Translations under genes and position numbers: made by a program | The notes under the pieces: model-generated | Told to the model about the DNA's origin: nothing | The model's database searches: none | What the model saw: only the letters and a program-made list of their open reading frames with translations | Shown here: positions 6,753-16,368 of the stretch, piece by piece | How positions within the stretch are numbered: position 1 is the stretch's first letter | Layout of the letters: each line of letters opens with the position of its first letter | Assembly: GCA_052386995.1 (NCBI GenBank) | Contig: JBQTJP010000275.1 | Coordinates: forward strand, 1 to 32,018 | Source: Armatimonadota bacterium | GTDB lineage: Bacteria; Sysuimicrobiota; Sysuimicrobiia; Sysuimicrobiales; Humicultoraceae | Reading direction: 5' to 3' | Length of the DNA stretch: 32,018 bases

Positions 6753-7550
6753 TTATCCGCGCGCGCCCGCCAGCGCCGCGCCGCACCGGCACGTGCGCTC
6801 GGCCGGGATCGCGGCGATGACGCCCACGATCAGCTCGCGCAGCCGGCCCAGGTTTGCGCCGAACTGGCGCAGCACCTCTTCCGCGCTCACGGGCGTCGCC
6901 GACGGGTCGTCCGCCACGCCCACATCATAGTCGGTAATGAGCGAGATGTTCATATAGCAGAGCTCGGCTTCGCGCGCAAGCATGGCCTCAGGATACTGCG
7001 TCATGTTGATGACTTCCCACCCCGCAGCGCGAAACCACCGGCTCTCCGCGCGCGTCGAGAAGCGCGGCCCCTGAATGACCACGACGGTGCCGGTCTGGTG
7101 CGCCGGATATCCCAGGCGCTGGACGATCTCCCACCCGACCCGCCGCAGCTGCGGACAATAGGGGTCGGCCGGGCTGACGTGCATTACCTCCGGACCGTCG
7201 AAGAACGTGTCGCGCCGGCCGCTCGTGCGATCGACGAACTGATCGCAGAGGACGAAATCCCCGGGGCGGATCTGCGCCTGCAGGCTGCCGGCCGCGCACG
7301 GCCCGAGCACGCGCGTGACGCCGAGCGACTTCATGGCCGCGACGTTCGCCCGGTAGTTGATCATGTGCGGCGGCCATTGATGCTTCCGGCCGTGCCGCGG
7401 CAGAAAGGCGACGCGGCGCCCTCCGAGCTCGCCGAGCGTGATGACGTCGCTGGGCGGTCCATAGGGCGTGTCGACCGTAACCTCACGTGCGCCCTCGATC
7501 AGGGAGTAGAATCCCGAGCCGCCGAAGACGCCGATCTCTGCTTCGGGCAT
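6753..7550 (-). CDS. mtnP: S-methyl-5'-thioadenosine phosphorylase (MTAP family)
   Basis: IGVFGGSG, TPYGPPS, FLPRHG, INYRAN, DQFVDRT, QGPRFSTRAES, INMTQYPE, ITDYD. Start placed at ATG 7550. Confidence 0.92.
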   Translation of the reverse strand: MPEAEIGVFGGSGFYSLIEGAREVTVDTPYGPPSDVITLGELGGRRVAFLPRHGRKHQWPPHMINYRANVAAMKSLGVTRVLGPCAAGSLQAQIRPGDFVLCDQFVDRTSGRRDTFFDGPEVMHVSPADPYCPQLRRVGWEIVQRLGYPAHQTGTVVVIQGPRFSTRAESRWFRAAGWEVINMTQYPEAMLAREAELCYMNISLITDYDVGVADDPSATPVSAEEVLRQFGANLGRLRELIVGVIAAIPAERTCRCGAALAGARG

Positions 7551-7557
7551 CGGTCCG

Positions 7558-8364
7558 TCATTCTGTGGGAGCGGAACGTGCTCCTTCAGCACGCTCGCCG
7601 GTATTCGCGGCACCGATGACGTCGCGCGCAATTTGCGGAAGAATTTCAGCGGCCTCGCCGTGGATCGCCACCGCGGCGCGCGAGTCGAACGGCGTGGGCT
7701 CCCGATTGACGATGATCAGCCGGCCTCCGGCATCGAGCGTCTCCTCCGGCAGGGACGCCGCGGGATAGACTTGGAGGGACGAGCCGACGATGAGCATTAC
7801 GTCGCCGGCGCGCGCGGCCTGCTCGGCCGCCAGCCACGCCCGCATCGGCAGCACATCTTCGAACAGCACCACGTTCGGTTTGAGGATGCCGGCGCAGTCG
7901 GGGCATCGTGGGAGGGTTCCCGCATCGAGCGCCGCGCGGATCACGCCGATCGGCCGGACCTCACCGCAGGCGGTGCAGACCGCCTCACGGAGATTGCCGT
8001 GCACCTCGATCACCGCGGTCGACCCCGCGGCCTGGTGGAGCCCGTCGACGTTCTGCGTGATGACGGCCGACAGGCGTCCCGCCCGCTCCATCGCGGCCAG
8101 CGCGTGATGCGCCGGGTTGGGCGCCGCCTGCGCCAGCACCTCGAGGCGCGTGCGGTAGAACGCGTAGAACTCCTCGGGCCGCCGCTCGAACGCCGAGCGT
8201 GATGCCACTTTCATAGGATCGACGTTTGCCCATACGCCTGTGGGCGAGCGGAAGTCGGAGAGGCCCGACGCCGTGCTGACGCCTGCGCCGGTGAACGCGA
8301 CGGCACGTCGGGCGGCGCGCAGCAGCCCCGCGGCGGCGGCGATCGCCTCGGCGGCAGCGGTCAT
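7558..8364 (-). CDS. cobB: Sir2-family NAD-dependent protein deacylase
   Basis: TGAGVSTASGLSDFR, TQNVDGLH, HGNL, zinc ribbon CTAC...CPDC, KPNVVLF, GSSLQVYPAA, VNREPT. Confidence 0.93.
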   Translation of the reverse strand: MTAAAEAIAAAAGLLRAARRAVAFTGAGVSTASGLSDFRSPTGVWANVDPMKVASRSAFERRPEEFYAFYRTRLEVLAQAAPNPAHHALAAMERAGRLSAVITQNVDGLHQAAGSTAVIEVHGNLREAVCTACGEVRPIGVIRAALDAGTLPRCPDCAGILKPNVVLFEDVLPMRAWLAAEQAARAGDVMLIVGSSLQVYPAASLPEETLDAGGRLIIVNREPTPFDSRAAVAIHGEAAEILPQIARDVIGAANTGERAEGARSAPTE

Positions 8365-9659
8365 GGCAGATCGGCCAGTCGTCCGTCCGGAAGGAAAGGC
8401 CAGTCGTCCGCGGGACCGACCGTCACGCCTTCCTGCCCGCGAATCGCGTCGGCGACGGCTCCAGACGCCCGCACGCGCTCCAGATGCAGGGTATTGGGAA
8501 TTCGCATGACCCTGGCCGATGCGCGGTCCGTGATCCCGAGCGTGTCGAACGCGGCCTCGATCGCATCACGGTCCGAGGGCAGCGTGATCGGGATGAACCC
8601 GCGCTGAAGATAGGTGCTGGTGATGATGTTGAGGTTGGTGGTCTTCCGATCGATGGCGGCCACCAGGCGCTCCGTGGTCAGGTCGGCCAGGCCGATGCCC
8701 TGGGCGTTGCCCTCTGAGGAGGGAGCCAGGCGCAGGACGACGATGCGGCCAATGCGCGGAGCCGACGGCTCCGGCAGCCCGGCGATGCGCCAGCGGCCGA
8801 TGACGTTTGTATCCATCCCGGTGCCTGAGTAGGTCTTGCTGATCTCGTCGACGACGAGCACGTCGAGCTCGTCCACCGGGAGCCGCGGGAGGAACCCCTG
8901 CGCCTGCGCGAAGAGCGGAAGCTCGCGCTCGACGATCGCCGCGGGTGAGACCGCCTCGATGATCGCGGTCTCATCGTAGGCGTTCTCGACGATCGCCACC
9001 CCGCCGACGACGATGCCGCGGTCGAGGTACACCTGCGCGATGGCCCGGATGGCCGCCGCCATCTCGGTGGGACCCTGCCGGTGGATCTGCGCGGCTCCCT
9101 CCACCTTCCCCAGGCCCACTCCGAGCATCTTCATCAGGCCGCTGCCGAAGGGTTCGCCAAACGCCGTGTGCGGTTTGATCCGGTTGACGACCAGGACGCC
9201 GTCGCACGATGCCGCCACGCGGTCGCAGTAGGCCGCCAATCCCTGCGGCGTGCGCCCGAGCGTGACCGTCTCCATGAACGTCGAGATCGGCGCGCCCACG
9301 GCCTCCTCTGTGATCCCCAGGTGCTTCAAGATGCGGCGCTGCCCATCGGCGGTTCCGCCGCCGTGGCTGCCCATGGCCGCAATCACGATCGGCTCGGCGC
9401 CGCAGCGGCGAAGGTGCTCGATGGCACCGCGCAGGACGGGCACGATGTCGCGGATGCCGCGTGATCCCGCCGTGACCGCAATCCGCTTCCCTCGAACCCG
9501 GGCCGCCAGGTCGAGGCCGGCCAGCGCGGCGTCGGTCGCGCGCTCGGGATCTTCGACGCGCGGACGCGGCAGGCTCCGCTCGACCAGATGCATGGGCGGA
9601 AACGCGGATGGCACGGGCGTCGCTTCGAGTGCCGTCACCGCGCCGTTCTGGCTCACCAC
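8361..9659 (-). CDS. LarA-like (lactate racemase N-terminal domain, DUF2088) putative nickel-pincer-dependent isomerase
   Basis: AMGSHGG, NRIKPHT, SGLMKM...QIH and SGTGMDTNVIGR motifs. His/His/Lys/His spacing resembles the LarA active site. Confidence 0.75.
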   Translation of the reverse strand: MVSQNGAVTALEATPVPSAFPPMHLVERSLPRPRVEDPERATDAALAGLDLAARVRGKRIAVTAGSRGIRDIVPVLRGAIEHLRRCGAEPIVIAAMGSHGGGTADGQRRILKHLGITEEAVGAPISTFMETVTLGRTPQGLAAYCDRVAASCDGVLVVNRIKPHTAFGEPFGSGLMKMLGVGLGKVEGAAQIHRQGPTEMAAAIRAIAQVYLDRGIVVGGVAIVENAYDETAIIEAVSPAAIVERELPLFAQAQGFLPRLPVDELDVLVVDEISKTYSGTGMDTNVIGRWRIAGLPEPSAPRIGRIVVLRLAPSSEGNAQGIGLADLTTERLVAAIDRKTTNLNIITSTYLQRGFIPITLPSDRDAIEAAFDTLGITDRASARVMRIPNTLHLERVRASGAVADAIRGQEGVTVGPADDWPFLPDGRLADLP

Positions 9660-10807
9660 GCCGCCTCGAAAAGCGCGACCATCTCTTCATGGCGGGTTGC
9701 GCGGGGGTTCACCAGGACGTTCCCGCTCACCATGGCGTCCCTGGCCATCGGCGGGATGCCCTCGCGCGTCACCCCAACATCTCGGAGCCGTTCTGGGATG
9801 CCCAGATCGCGGGAGAGCGTGCGGACCGCGTCGACGGCGACCACCGACGCCGCGCGCGGAGACAGCCCGTCCACCGACTCACCCAGCGCCGCGGCGACGG
9901 TCGGAAAGGTATCGAGGCACCCAGGCAGGTTCCAGTCCATGACGTACGGTAGGAGCAGGGCGTTGGCGACGCCGTGCGGGACGTCGAAGTGCGCGCCCAC
10001 CGGATGCGACATCGCGTGCACGTTGCCCAGCCGCGTCCGGGTGAAGGCCATCGCCGCGAGCAGGCTGGCGAGCAGCATGTCTGTCCGGGCGTCGAGGTCG
10101 CGCCCGTTCGCATACGCGCGCCGCAGCGAGGTGCCGATCAGGCGAATTGCCTCCAGCGCCAGGGATGTGGCGATGGGATGATAGACCGTGTTCGTGTAGC
10201 ACTCGATCGCGTGCGTGAGCGCGTCCATGCCGGTGGCCGCAGTCAGCGGCTGTGGCATGGTCAGGGTGAGCTCAGGATCGCAGACGGCCGCCTGCGGCAG
10301 GAGGTGCTGGCTGCCGATCGGCATCTTGAACTTCCGCGCGCGGTCGGTGATCACCGAGAACACCGTGACCTCGCTGCCCGTCCCGGCCGTGGTGGGAATG
10401 CAGACGAGCGGCGCTGTGGGTCCAGGCACTTTGCCGACGCCCTCATAGAGACCGATCGGACCGGGATGCGCGGCGAGCAGGGCGACGGCTTTGCCGACGT
10501 CCATCGAGCTCCCGCCGCCGACGGCGAGCACCCACTGGCACCCGGCCCGCTTGTAGGTCGAGGCCGCCCGCTCAGCGGTCTCGGCGCTGGGGTTGGGCTC
10601 GATGTCGGCCGCGATCTCCACGCGCCGGCCGGCCGCGCCCAAGACCGACGTGACGCGGTCGAGGATCCCGGCCGCGGCCACCCCGGGATCGGACACCACC
10701 AGCACGCGCTCACCACACGCGCCGATGGCCTCGGACAGCCGGCTCAGACTTCCGGGTCCAAAGATGATCTCGGTCGGGGCGGTGTACGTGAACGTCGCTG
10801 ATCGCAC
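9653..10807 (-). CDS. Iron-containing alcohol dehydrogenase
   Basis: GGGSSMD, PTTAGTGSE, DALTHAIE, VHAMSH, VPHG. GAGGAG SD before GTG 10807. Confidence 0.92.
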   Translation of the reverse strand: MRSATFTYTAPTEIIFGPGSLSRLSEAIGACGERVLVVSDPGVAAAGILDRVTSVLGAAGRRVEIAADIEPNPSAETAERAASTYKRAGCQWVLAVGGGSSMDVGKAVALLAAHPGPIGLYEGVGKVPGPTAPLVCIPTTAGTGSEVTVFSVITDRARKFKMPIGSQHLLPQAAVCDPELTLTMPQPLTAATGMDALTHAIECYTNTVYHPIATSLALEAIRLIGTSLRRAYANGRDLDARTDMLLASLLAAMAFTRTRLGNVHAMSHPVGAHFDVPHGVANALLLPYVMDWNLPGCLDTFPTVAAALGESVDGLSPRAASVVAVDAVRTLSRDLGIPERLRDVGVTREGIPPMARDAMVSGNVLVNPRATRHEEMVALFEAAW

Positions 10808-10874
10808 GGGCAGGCTCCTCGCCGCGCGAGGGTGGAAGAGGCGCGGGTATGATCGAGTTCGCGCCGCGCCGCGG

Positions 10875-13619
10875 CTATTCCCTGCCGGGGCCTGGGGGTC
10901 CCTCGCTCTCGACGCGCTGACGGCGCAGCCGCGCGATGTAGAGGCGGGCCGCGGCCTCCATGGATGCCGCCCGCGCGGCGGCCTCGGCCGCGTCCTCGAT
11001 GCGCCAGCGATCCGCCGCGGCATACTCGGTGTCTTCGGCAACCTGTTCGGGAGGCGGCGCGCGGCGGATGAAGGCCACGGCGGCGGCGACGAGCTGGCCG
11101 AGCTGATGCTCCAGGGCCGGAATGCGCCGCATCGCGACTTCGATCACAAATCCCGCAAGGGCGAGCCCGCCGAAGACGGGCCAGACGGGCCGCGAGCGTC
11201 TGGTGGGCACCGCCGGCGGCGCCAGGGCCTCGGCCGGTGTGGCGATGACCCGGGCGTCGGCCGCCTCGACGAGCTGCGAGATCGTCGCGCGGTTCAATCC
11301 GACCTGACGCAGTTCCGGCGAGTAGGGCACGGCCAGCGGGAGCGCCGCGCGCCCTACGGGCCGTCCGCCCTCAGACGCCAGCACCGTGACCTGATAGGCC
11401 CCGGTCGGGGGCAGCGGCAGCGTCACTTCGTACCATCCCGGCCGCATCTGCGACAGCGGGGCACGCGCGACCTCGCCGGCATCGCCGACGACCGCGACCC
11501 GAACATCCCATCCGATGATGGGCGTACCGTCCGCCGCGCGCGCGTCGAGCACGACGCGGGTACGGTCGGCGTCGATCTCCACATGCGCGTCGAGCGCGCC
11601 GGCGTCGCGGCTCATCGCCCAGCGGACCGCCTGCGACCAGAAGCGTGGCGCCTGCGTCCAACGACCCCAGGCGCCCGTCCAGCGACCCCGGGCGTCGGTC
11701 GTGATGGCGACGGCGCGGCCGAGGCCGTACGTCCAGGTGGCAACGATCGGATCATCCTGGTGCGAGACGACCGCCTGCTCGGCCGCGGGCTTCGGTGCGG
11801 TCGCCAGGTAGCCGTGCACCTGCGGGATGGCCCCGAGCGTCGCCAGGATGGCGGGCGCGCCCACGATGCGGGGCGTGAAGGTCTCTTCGATCACGTAGGC
11901 GCGCGTGGCCAGCAAGGCCTCCGCGGTGATGATCTGCGGGATGCTGAACAGGTCGCGGGCCACATACGACCGGCCTCGGCCCCACGACGCGATGTTGCGC
12001 ATGATCTCGACATCGGCGTCACGTCCGATGGCCACCGTGCTGGTCGTGATGCGCTCGTCGGCCATCGCGGTCGCCAGCCCCCGAAAGTCTCCCGGATCGG
12101 TCTGGCCGTCGGACAGCACGATCACGTGCTTGACCTTGGCTTCGGCGCGGCGCAGCGCGTCGCGCGCGGTCTGTAGCGCCGGATACATGACGGTGCCGCC
12201 CCCGGCCTTGATGCGGCTGACCGCGTCGAGGATCCGTGTGCGCTGCGAGGCGGGCGTCAGCGGCACGAGCCACCGCGGCGACTGGTCGAACGCCACGACG
12301 CCGACGAGATCGCGCTCGCCCAAGACGTCGACAACCGACTGCGCGGTGTCCTTGGCGAGCTCGACTTTGGCGAGCTCGGTGCCGAAGCTGCCCATGCTTC
12401 CGGACGCATCAATGACGAGGACGATCGCCATGGTGGGGATCGCCAGACGGTGGCGCACGTCCATACTCACCGGCAGGGCTTCTTCCAGCGGCGTGCCTGC
12501 GTATCCGCCGATTCCAAAACTGCGCGCCCCGCCGACGGCCACCAGCCCGCCGCCGCCCAGCCGTATATAGTCTCGCAGCGCCGCCATCTGTTGCGGGGAG
12601 AGCAGATATGCCGGCACGTCATCGAGGACCACTGCCGCGATGCCGTGGAATGTCGCGACCGACGCCGGGAGCGCCGCGGGCGTCACGCGCCGTACGGTCA
12701 GCCCCTGGGCCTCCAGCGTCTGAGCCAGCGGGCCCGGCGGCGTACCAGCGTAGAGAACGACCGGGCGGCCCTGAACGAACGCCATGGCGAACGCGCGGTT
12801 GTTTCCCGGCTCGCCATCCGGAGTCGGCTCGATCGCGGCCTCGATGCGCAGCAGCCCCGGCTGCGTGGCCACCGGTTCCAGCGTGACGTGCGTACGGCCG
12901 GGGCGCAGCCGCAGCTCTCGGGCAAGCAGCAGCGTGCCGTTGCCCCGCACCCGCAGCGAGGCCTCGGCCGCTGCTGTCGCGCGGAGGGTCACGACGACGG
13001 GCACTTGTTCGCCGATGGCGATGGCCGCCGGTATCGTGATCTCCTCGACCATCACCTCGGGGCCCGAGGACGATGAAACCGGCACGACGGCGAGCTCGAC
13101 GCCGCGCGCACGGGCCGCCGCGAGCGAGGCGGACAGGTTCCCCGCCGTGGCCTGACCGTCTGTGAGAATCACGATCCGCCCGCCGCTGCCTTCGGGAAGC
13201 GCTGCGAGCGACCGGTCGATGGCGGCGGCGATGTTCGTGCCATCGGGGCGTGGACGGGAGGCCAGCGCGAGCCTGGCCTGTGTGGTCGGCGCCTCTTCGA
13301 GGATCGCGTCGGCTCCGAAGGTCACCAGGCCCACGCGGTGCTCAGGGCCTGCTCGCGCGCGGATGTCGTCGACGAAGGTGCGAATGAGGCGCGCGCCCTC
13401 GGGGCCGACGCTGTCCGACCGGTCGACCGCCAGCACGACGGTGAGATCACGCACCGCACCGCGCACTTCCATGCCGGCGGCGCTGGCGACCAGCAGCGCG
13501 ATCGCCGTCATGCGCAGCGCCACCAGCGTGCGCCGCCGTCCGCGTCCACGCAGGGCCAGCGCGACCAGCGGCACGACCGCCAGCGCCAGCAGGACGACGG
13601 GGGCGCCGACGCGGATCAT
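10875..13619 (-). CDS. Membrane-anchored protein with two VWA domains and a GATase1-like domain
   Basis: MIDAS motifs DRSDS...T...LTDG and DASGS...T...LSDG; GGGLVAVGGARSFGIGGYAGTPLEEALPV; N- and C-terminal TM segments. ATG 13619 overlaps the upstream stop (ATGA). Confidence 0.85.
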   Translation of the reverse strand: MIRVGAPVVLLALAVVPLVALALRGRGRRRTLVALRMTAIALLVASAAGMEVRGAVRDLTVVLAVDRSDSVGPEGARLIRTFVDDIRARAGPEHRVGLVTFGADAILEEAPTTQARLALASRPRPDGTNIAAAIDRSLAALPEGSGGRIVILTDGQATAGNLSASLAAARARGVELAVVPVSSSSGPEVMVEEITIPAAIAIGEQVPVVVTLRATAAAEASLRVRGNGTLLLARELRLRPGRTHVTLEPVATQPGLLRIEAAIEPTPDGEPGNNRAFAMAFVQGRPVVLYAGTPPGPLAQTLEAQGLTVRRVTPAALPASVATFHGIAAVVLDDVPAYLLSPQQMAALRDYIRLGGGGLVAVGGARSFGIGGYAGTPLEEALPVSMDVRHRLAIPTMAIVLVIDASGSMGSFGTELAKVELAKDTAQSVVDVLGERDLVGVVAFDQSPRWLVPLTPASQRTRILDAVSRIKAGGGTVMYPALQTARDALRRAEAKVKHVIVLSDGQTDPGDFRGLATAMADERITTSTVAIGRDADVEIMRNIASWGRGRSYVARDLFSIPQIITAEALLATRAYVIEETFTPRIVGAPAILATLGAIPQVHGYLATAPKPAAEQAVVSHQDDPIVATWTYGLGRAVAITTDARGRWTGAWGRWTQAPRFWSQAVRWAMSRDAGALDAHVEIDADRTRVVLDARAADGTPIIGWDVRVAVVGDAGEVARAPLSQMRPGWYEVTLPLPPTGAYQVTVLASEGGRPVGRAALPLAVPYSPELRQVGLNRATISQLVEAADARVIATPAEALAPPAVPTRRSRPVWPVFGGLALAGFVIEVAMRRIPALEHQLGQLVAAAVAFIRRAPPPEQVAEDTEYAAADRWRIEDAAEAAARAASMEAAARLYIARLRRQRVESEGPPGPGRE

Positions 13620-15436
13620 CGCGCGCGGGCCTCCCACCGGCGCCGGGGCAGCGTGCGCGCCCAGAGCCACCACTCACCGGCCAGCAAGAGCGCGGCCAAG
13701 CCCAGGAGCCACGGCGTCAGGCGCAGCTGCGCAATCTGTACGGGCACGCCGCTCCCGCGCGAAACCTCCGCGGCCGGAACCGCGAGCGCGGATTCGCCCG
13801 CATCCGCCGTCGGCACGACCCAACGGCGCTCCCACCCCGTGTCCTGCTGGGATCCGGCACGCGCCGACCCCGTGCGCAGCGTGTAGGCTCCCACGCGATC
13901 GAACGCCGGCATGACAAAGACCCCATCGCGCGCCTCGACGACAGACTGCGTATCACCTGGACTGAGCACGGTCGCGCGGCGCCATTCACCCGCGGCCACG
14001 ACCGGCGCGTCACCCAGGGCGGCCTCCGGGCTCCCCGCCAGCCAGGCGATCGTGTTCGCGATGAGCACGGGAAACGCCGGGTGCACCGCGAGATCGCTCT
14101 GCATCAGATCGAACGGCAGCACGACCGCGCGCAGCCCCCGGCCTTCGTAGACCCAGATCAGCGGCACGTCGCCTTCGGCCAGCACCCTGCCGGCCTGCGG
14201 GCGCAGCGCCAGCGCGCCGGCCACGCGCACACCGCGGAGATCCACCAGGCGCGTCACGGGGTGCGTCGCGGTCACGGTGCGGATCGTCTGCTCGGGCGCG
14301 CTTCCCTCGATCTGCATGGGGAGGTTGGCCGCGAGCGTGCCGATCAGCAGGTATGCGCCTGGGGGAAGCGTCTGGATATTGACGCGATCCAGCACGACCA
14401 GCCACGACCGCCCCCACTGCTCCGGCGAGACCGCGGCGCTCCGCGTCACACCGGCGGTCGGTACCGCGGCCAGGACCGCGTCCAGCACGGGATTTGGCTC
14501 GCCGGTCACCAGGACGCGTGGCAGACCGGCATGCCCGATCGGCGCCGCCGCGCGATCGTCCGCCGGCAGCGCATCGCGACCCAGCAGGGCGACGGTAGCA
14601 ATGCCCGAACGGTCGCCGAGATCGAAGAGCACGGTCTGCGGCCGGCCGGGGGCGACGCTGATCTCCCTCCGCGCGACCTCGCGTCCTTCGAGATTAACGA
14701 TGACTGCGCGTGAAGTCCGGGGGCCGCCGAATGCCTCCACGCGCACCATCAGCAGGGTGTGGCCGCGCGCGTCCCGGCGCGTTCGTGCGACCGTGATCCC
14801 GGCATTAGGCGCACCGACGCCGATGCGGTGCCAGCGCACCGCGGGATCGTGCGGCGGTTGATCGGCGAAGACGTGCACGACGGCCGGCCGCCCCTCTGCG
14901 CGCAGGCCGGCGGCCAGCGCAACGGCCTCATCGAGGGCGGCCGCGGCATCGGAGGCCGCAAGCGCCCGGACCGCGCCGGCGAGCGCGCGGCGATCGGTGG
15001 AGAACTCCGCGACCAGACGGGGCCGCAGCCCCGCAGCGACGAGCGCCGCCGGCTGGCGCGGGCCGAGCTGCCCGAGCAGGTTGATCGCCTCCTGCTGAGC
15101 CGCCGCGAGCCGCGTCGGCGCGACGTCCGTCGCCTGCATGCTCGCGCTCATATCAACAACGAACACAACCGCGTCGCCCACCAATCCCCTCAGCGCCAGC
15201 AGCGGCCGGGCCAGCGCCAGGGCGATCAGGGCTATAGCCAGGATCTGCAACAGCAAGAGCAGGCTGCGCTCCAGACGCCGCATCGGCAGGCGCGCCACAA
15301 GATCACGCGCTGCGCGCTCCCACAGCAGCACGCTGGGCACGACGCGCGGCTCGCGCCGCGCGCGGAGCATGTACAGGATCACCACGAGCGGAATCGCCGC
15401 CAGCCACCACAGCGCACCGGGCGCGCCGAGTGACAT
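13616..15436 (-). CDS. BatA-type N-terminal domain plus VWA membrane protein
   Basis: N-terminal IPLVVILYML...VPSVLLW...ALARP signature, MIDAS DMSASM, C-terminal TM ending EWWLW. Confidence 0.85.
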   Translation of the reverse strand: MSLGAPGALWWLAAIPLVVILYMLRARREPRVVPSVLLWERAARDLVARLPMRRLERSLLLLLQILAIALIALALARPLLALRGLVGDAVVFVVDMSASMQATDVAPTRLAAAQQEAINLLGQLGPRQPAALVAAGLRPRLVAEFSTDRRALAGAVRALAASDAAAALDEAVALAAGLRAEGRPAVVHVFADQPPHDPAVRWHRIGVGAPNAGITVARTRRDARGHTLLMVRVEAFGGPRTSRAVIVNLEGREVARREISVAPGRPQTVLFDLGDRSGIATVALLGRDALPADDRAAAPIGHAGLPRVLVTGEPNPVLDAVLAAVPTAGVTRSAAVSPEQWGRSWLVVLDRVNIQTLPPGAYLLIGTLAANLPMQIEGSAPEQTIRTVTATHPVTRLVDLRGVRVAGALALRPQAGRVLAEGDVPLIWVYEGRGLRAVVLPFDLMQSDLAVHPAFPVLIANTIAWLAGSPEAALGDAPVVAAGEWRRATVLSPGDTQSVVEARDGVFVMPAFDRVGAYTLRTGSARAGSQQDTGWERRWVVPTADAGESALAVPAAEVSRGSGVPVQIAQLRLTPWLLGLAALLLAGEWWLWARTLPRRRWEARAR

Positions 15437-16368
15437 CAGGCGATCAGGCCTCCGGCCCGCAGGTGCCGCAGGACGAGATCTTCAAACGGAATCGAGACGG
15501 CCGCGCGCAAGTAGTCGATCTGGTGTCTGAGGCAGAACTGCCCGATGTCAGAAAAGTAGCGATCCCGCGCCCGGACGTACGCGTCCGCGGTGGCGGCATC
15601 CGCGGTCACGTCCACCGCGGCGCCGGTCTCGCTGTCCACGAGCCGCAAATCGCCGGTCAGCGCCGGAACGATTTCCTCATCGGCAAGCAGGTGCAGCACA
15701 AACGGCTCGAACCGGTGGTAGCGGGCGAGGAGCAGGCCGTCGTTGATCCCCTGCGGATACATCAGGTCGGAGATGACGACGAGGACGCCGCGGCGGCGCG
15801 TCCGGAGGCTGTACTCGGCCATCGCCGCGGACAGGTTGCTGCGCCCCTCAGGCTCGAGTCCGCCGAGGAAGCGAAAGATCGTCAGCGCGGCGGCCCGGCC
15901 GCGTCGCGGTGGCACCGTGCGCAGCAGCTGGTCGCTGAAGGCGACGGCGCCCACGCGGTCGAGGTTGGCCAGACCGATGTAGCCCAGCGCGGCCGCCACG
16001 CGCGCGGCGTAGTCGAGCTTGGATGGGGATCCCCAGCCCATCGAGCGGCTGGCGTCCACGAAGAGGTGGACGTTGATGTCCTCTTCTTCGCTGAAGAGTT
16101 TCACGAAGAGCTTGTCGAGCCGCGAGTAGATGTTCCAATCGATGTACCGGAAGTCGTCGCCGACGTGATAGGATCGGTAGTCGGCGAACTCGACCCCGCG
16201 GCCGAGCGTGCCGCTGCGCCGCTCTCCGCGCACGCCGCTGCGGTAGAGGCGGCGGGACAGCAGCGCGAGGCGCTCCAGGCGCGCGAGAAAATCGGGCTCG
16301 CGCAGGCGGCCGCCGCGCCGGTGGGTGCCCGGCCGCGCGGCCGCCGGCGTCCCGGCTACGTGGTCCAC
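15436..16368 (-). CDS. DUF58 family protein (MoxR-associated)
   Basis: GVEFADYRSYHVGDDFRYIDWNIYSR, DASRSM, VVISD. Confidence 0.92.
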   Translation of the reverse strand: MDHVAGTPAAARPGTHRRGGRLREPDFLARLERLALLSRRLYRSGVRGERRSGTLGRGVEFADYRSYHVGDDFRYIDWNIYSRLDKLFVKLFSEEEDINVHLFVDASRSMGWGSPSKLDYAARVAAALGYIGLANLDRVGAVAFSDQLLRTVPPRRGRAAALTIFRFLGGLEPEGRSNLSAAMAEYSLRTRRRGVLVVISDLMYPQGINDGLLLARYHRFEPFVLHLLADEEIVPALTGDLRLVDSETGAAVDVTADAATADAYVRARDRYFSDIGQFCLRHQIDYLRAAVSIPFEDLVLRHLRAGGLIA

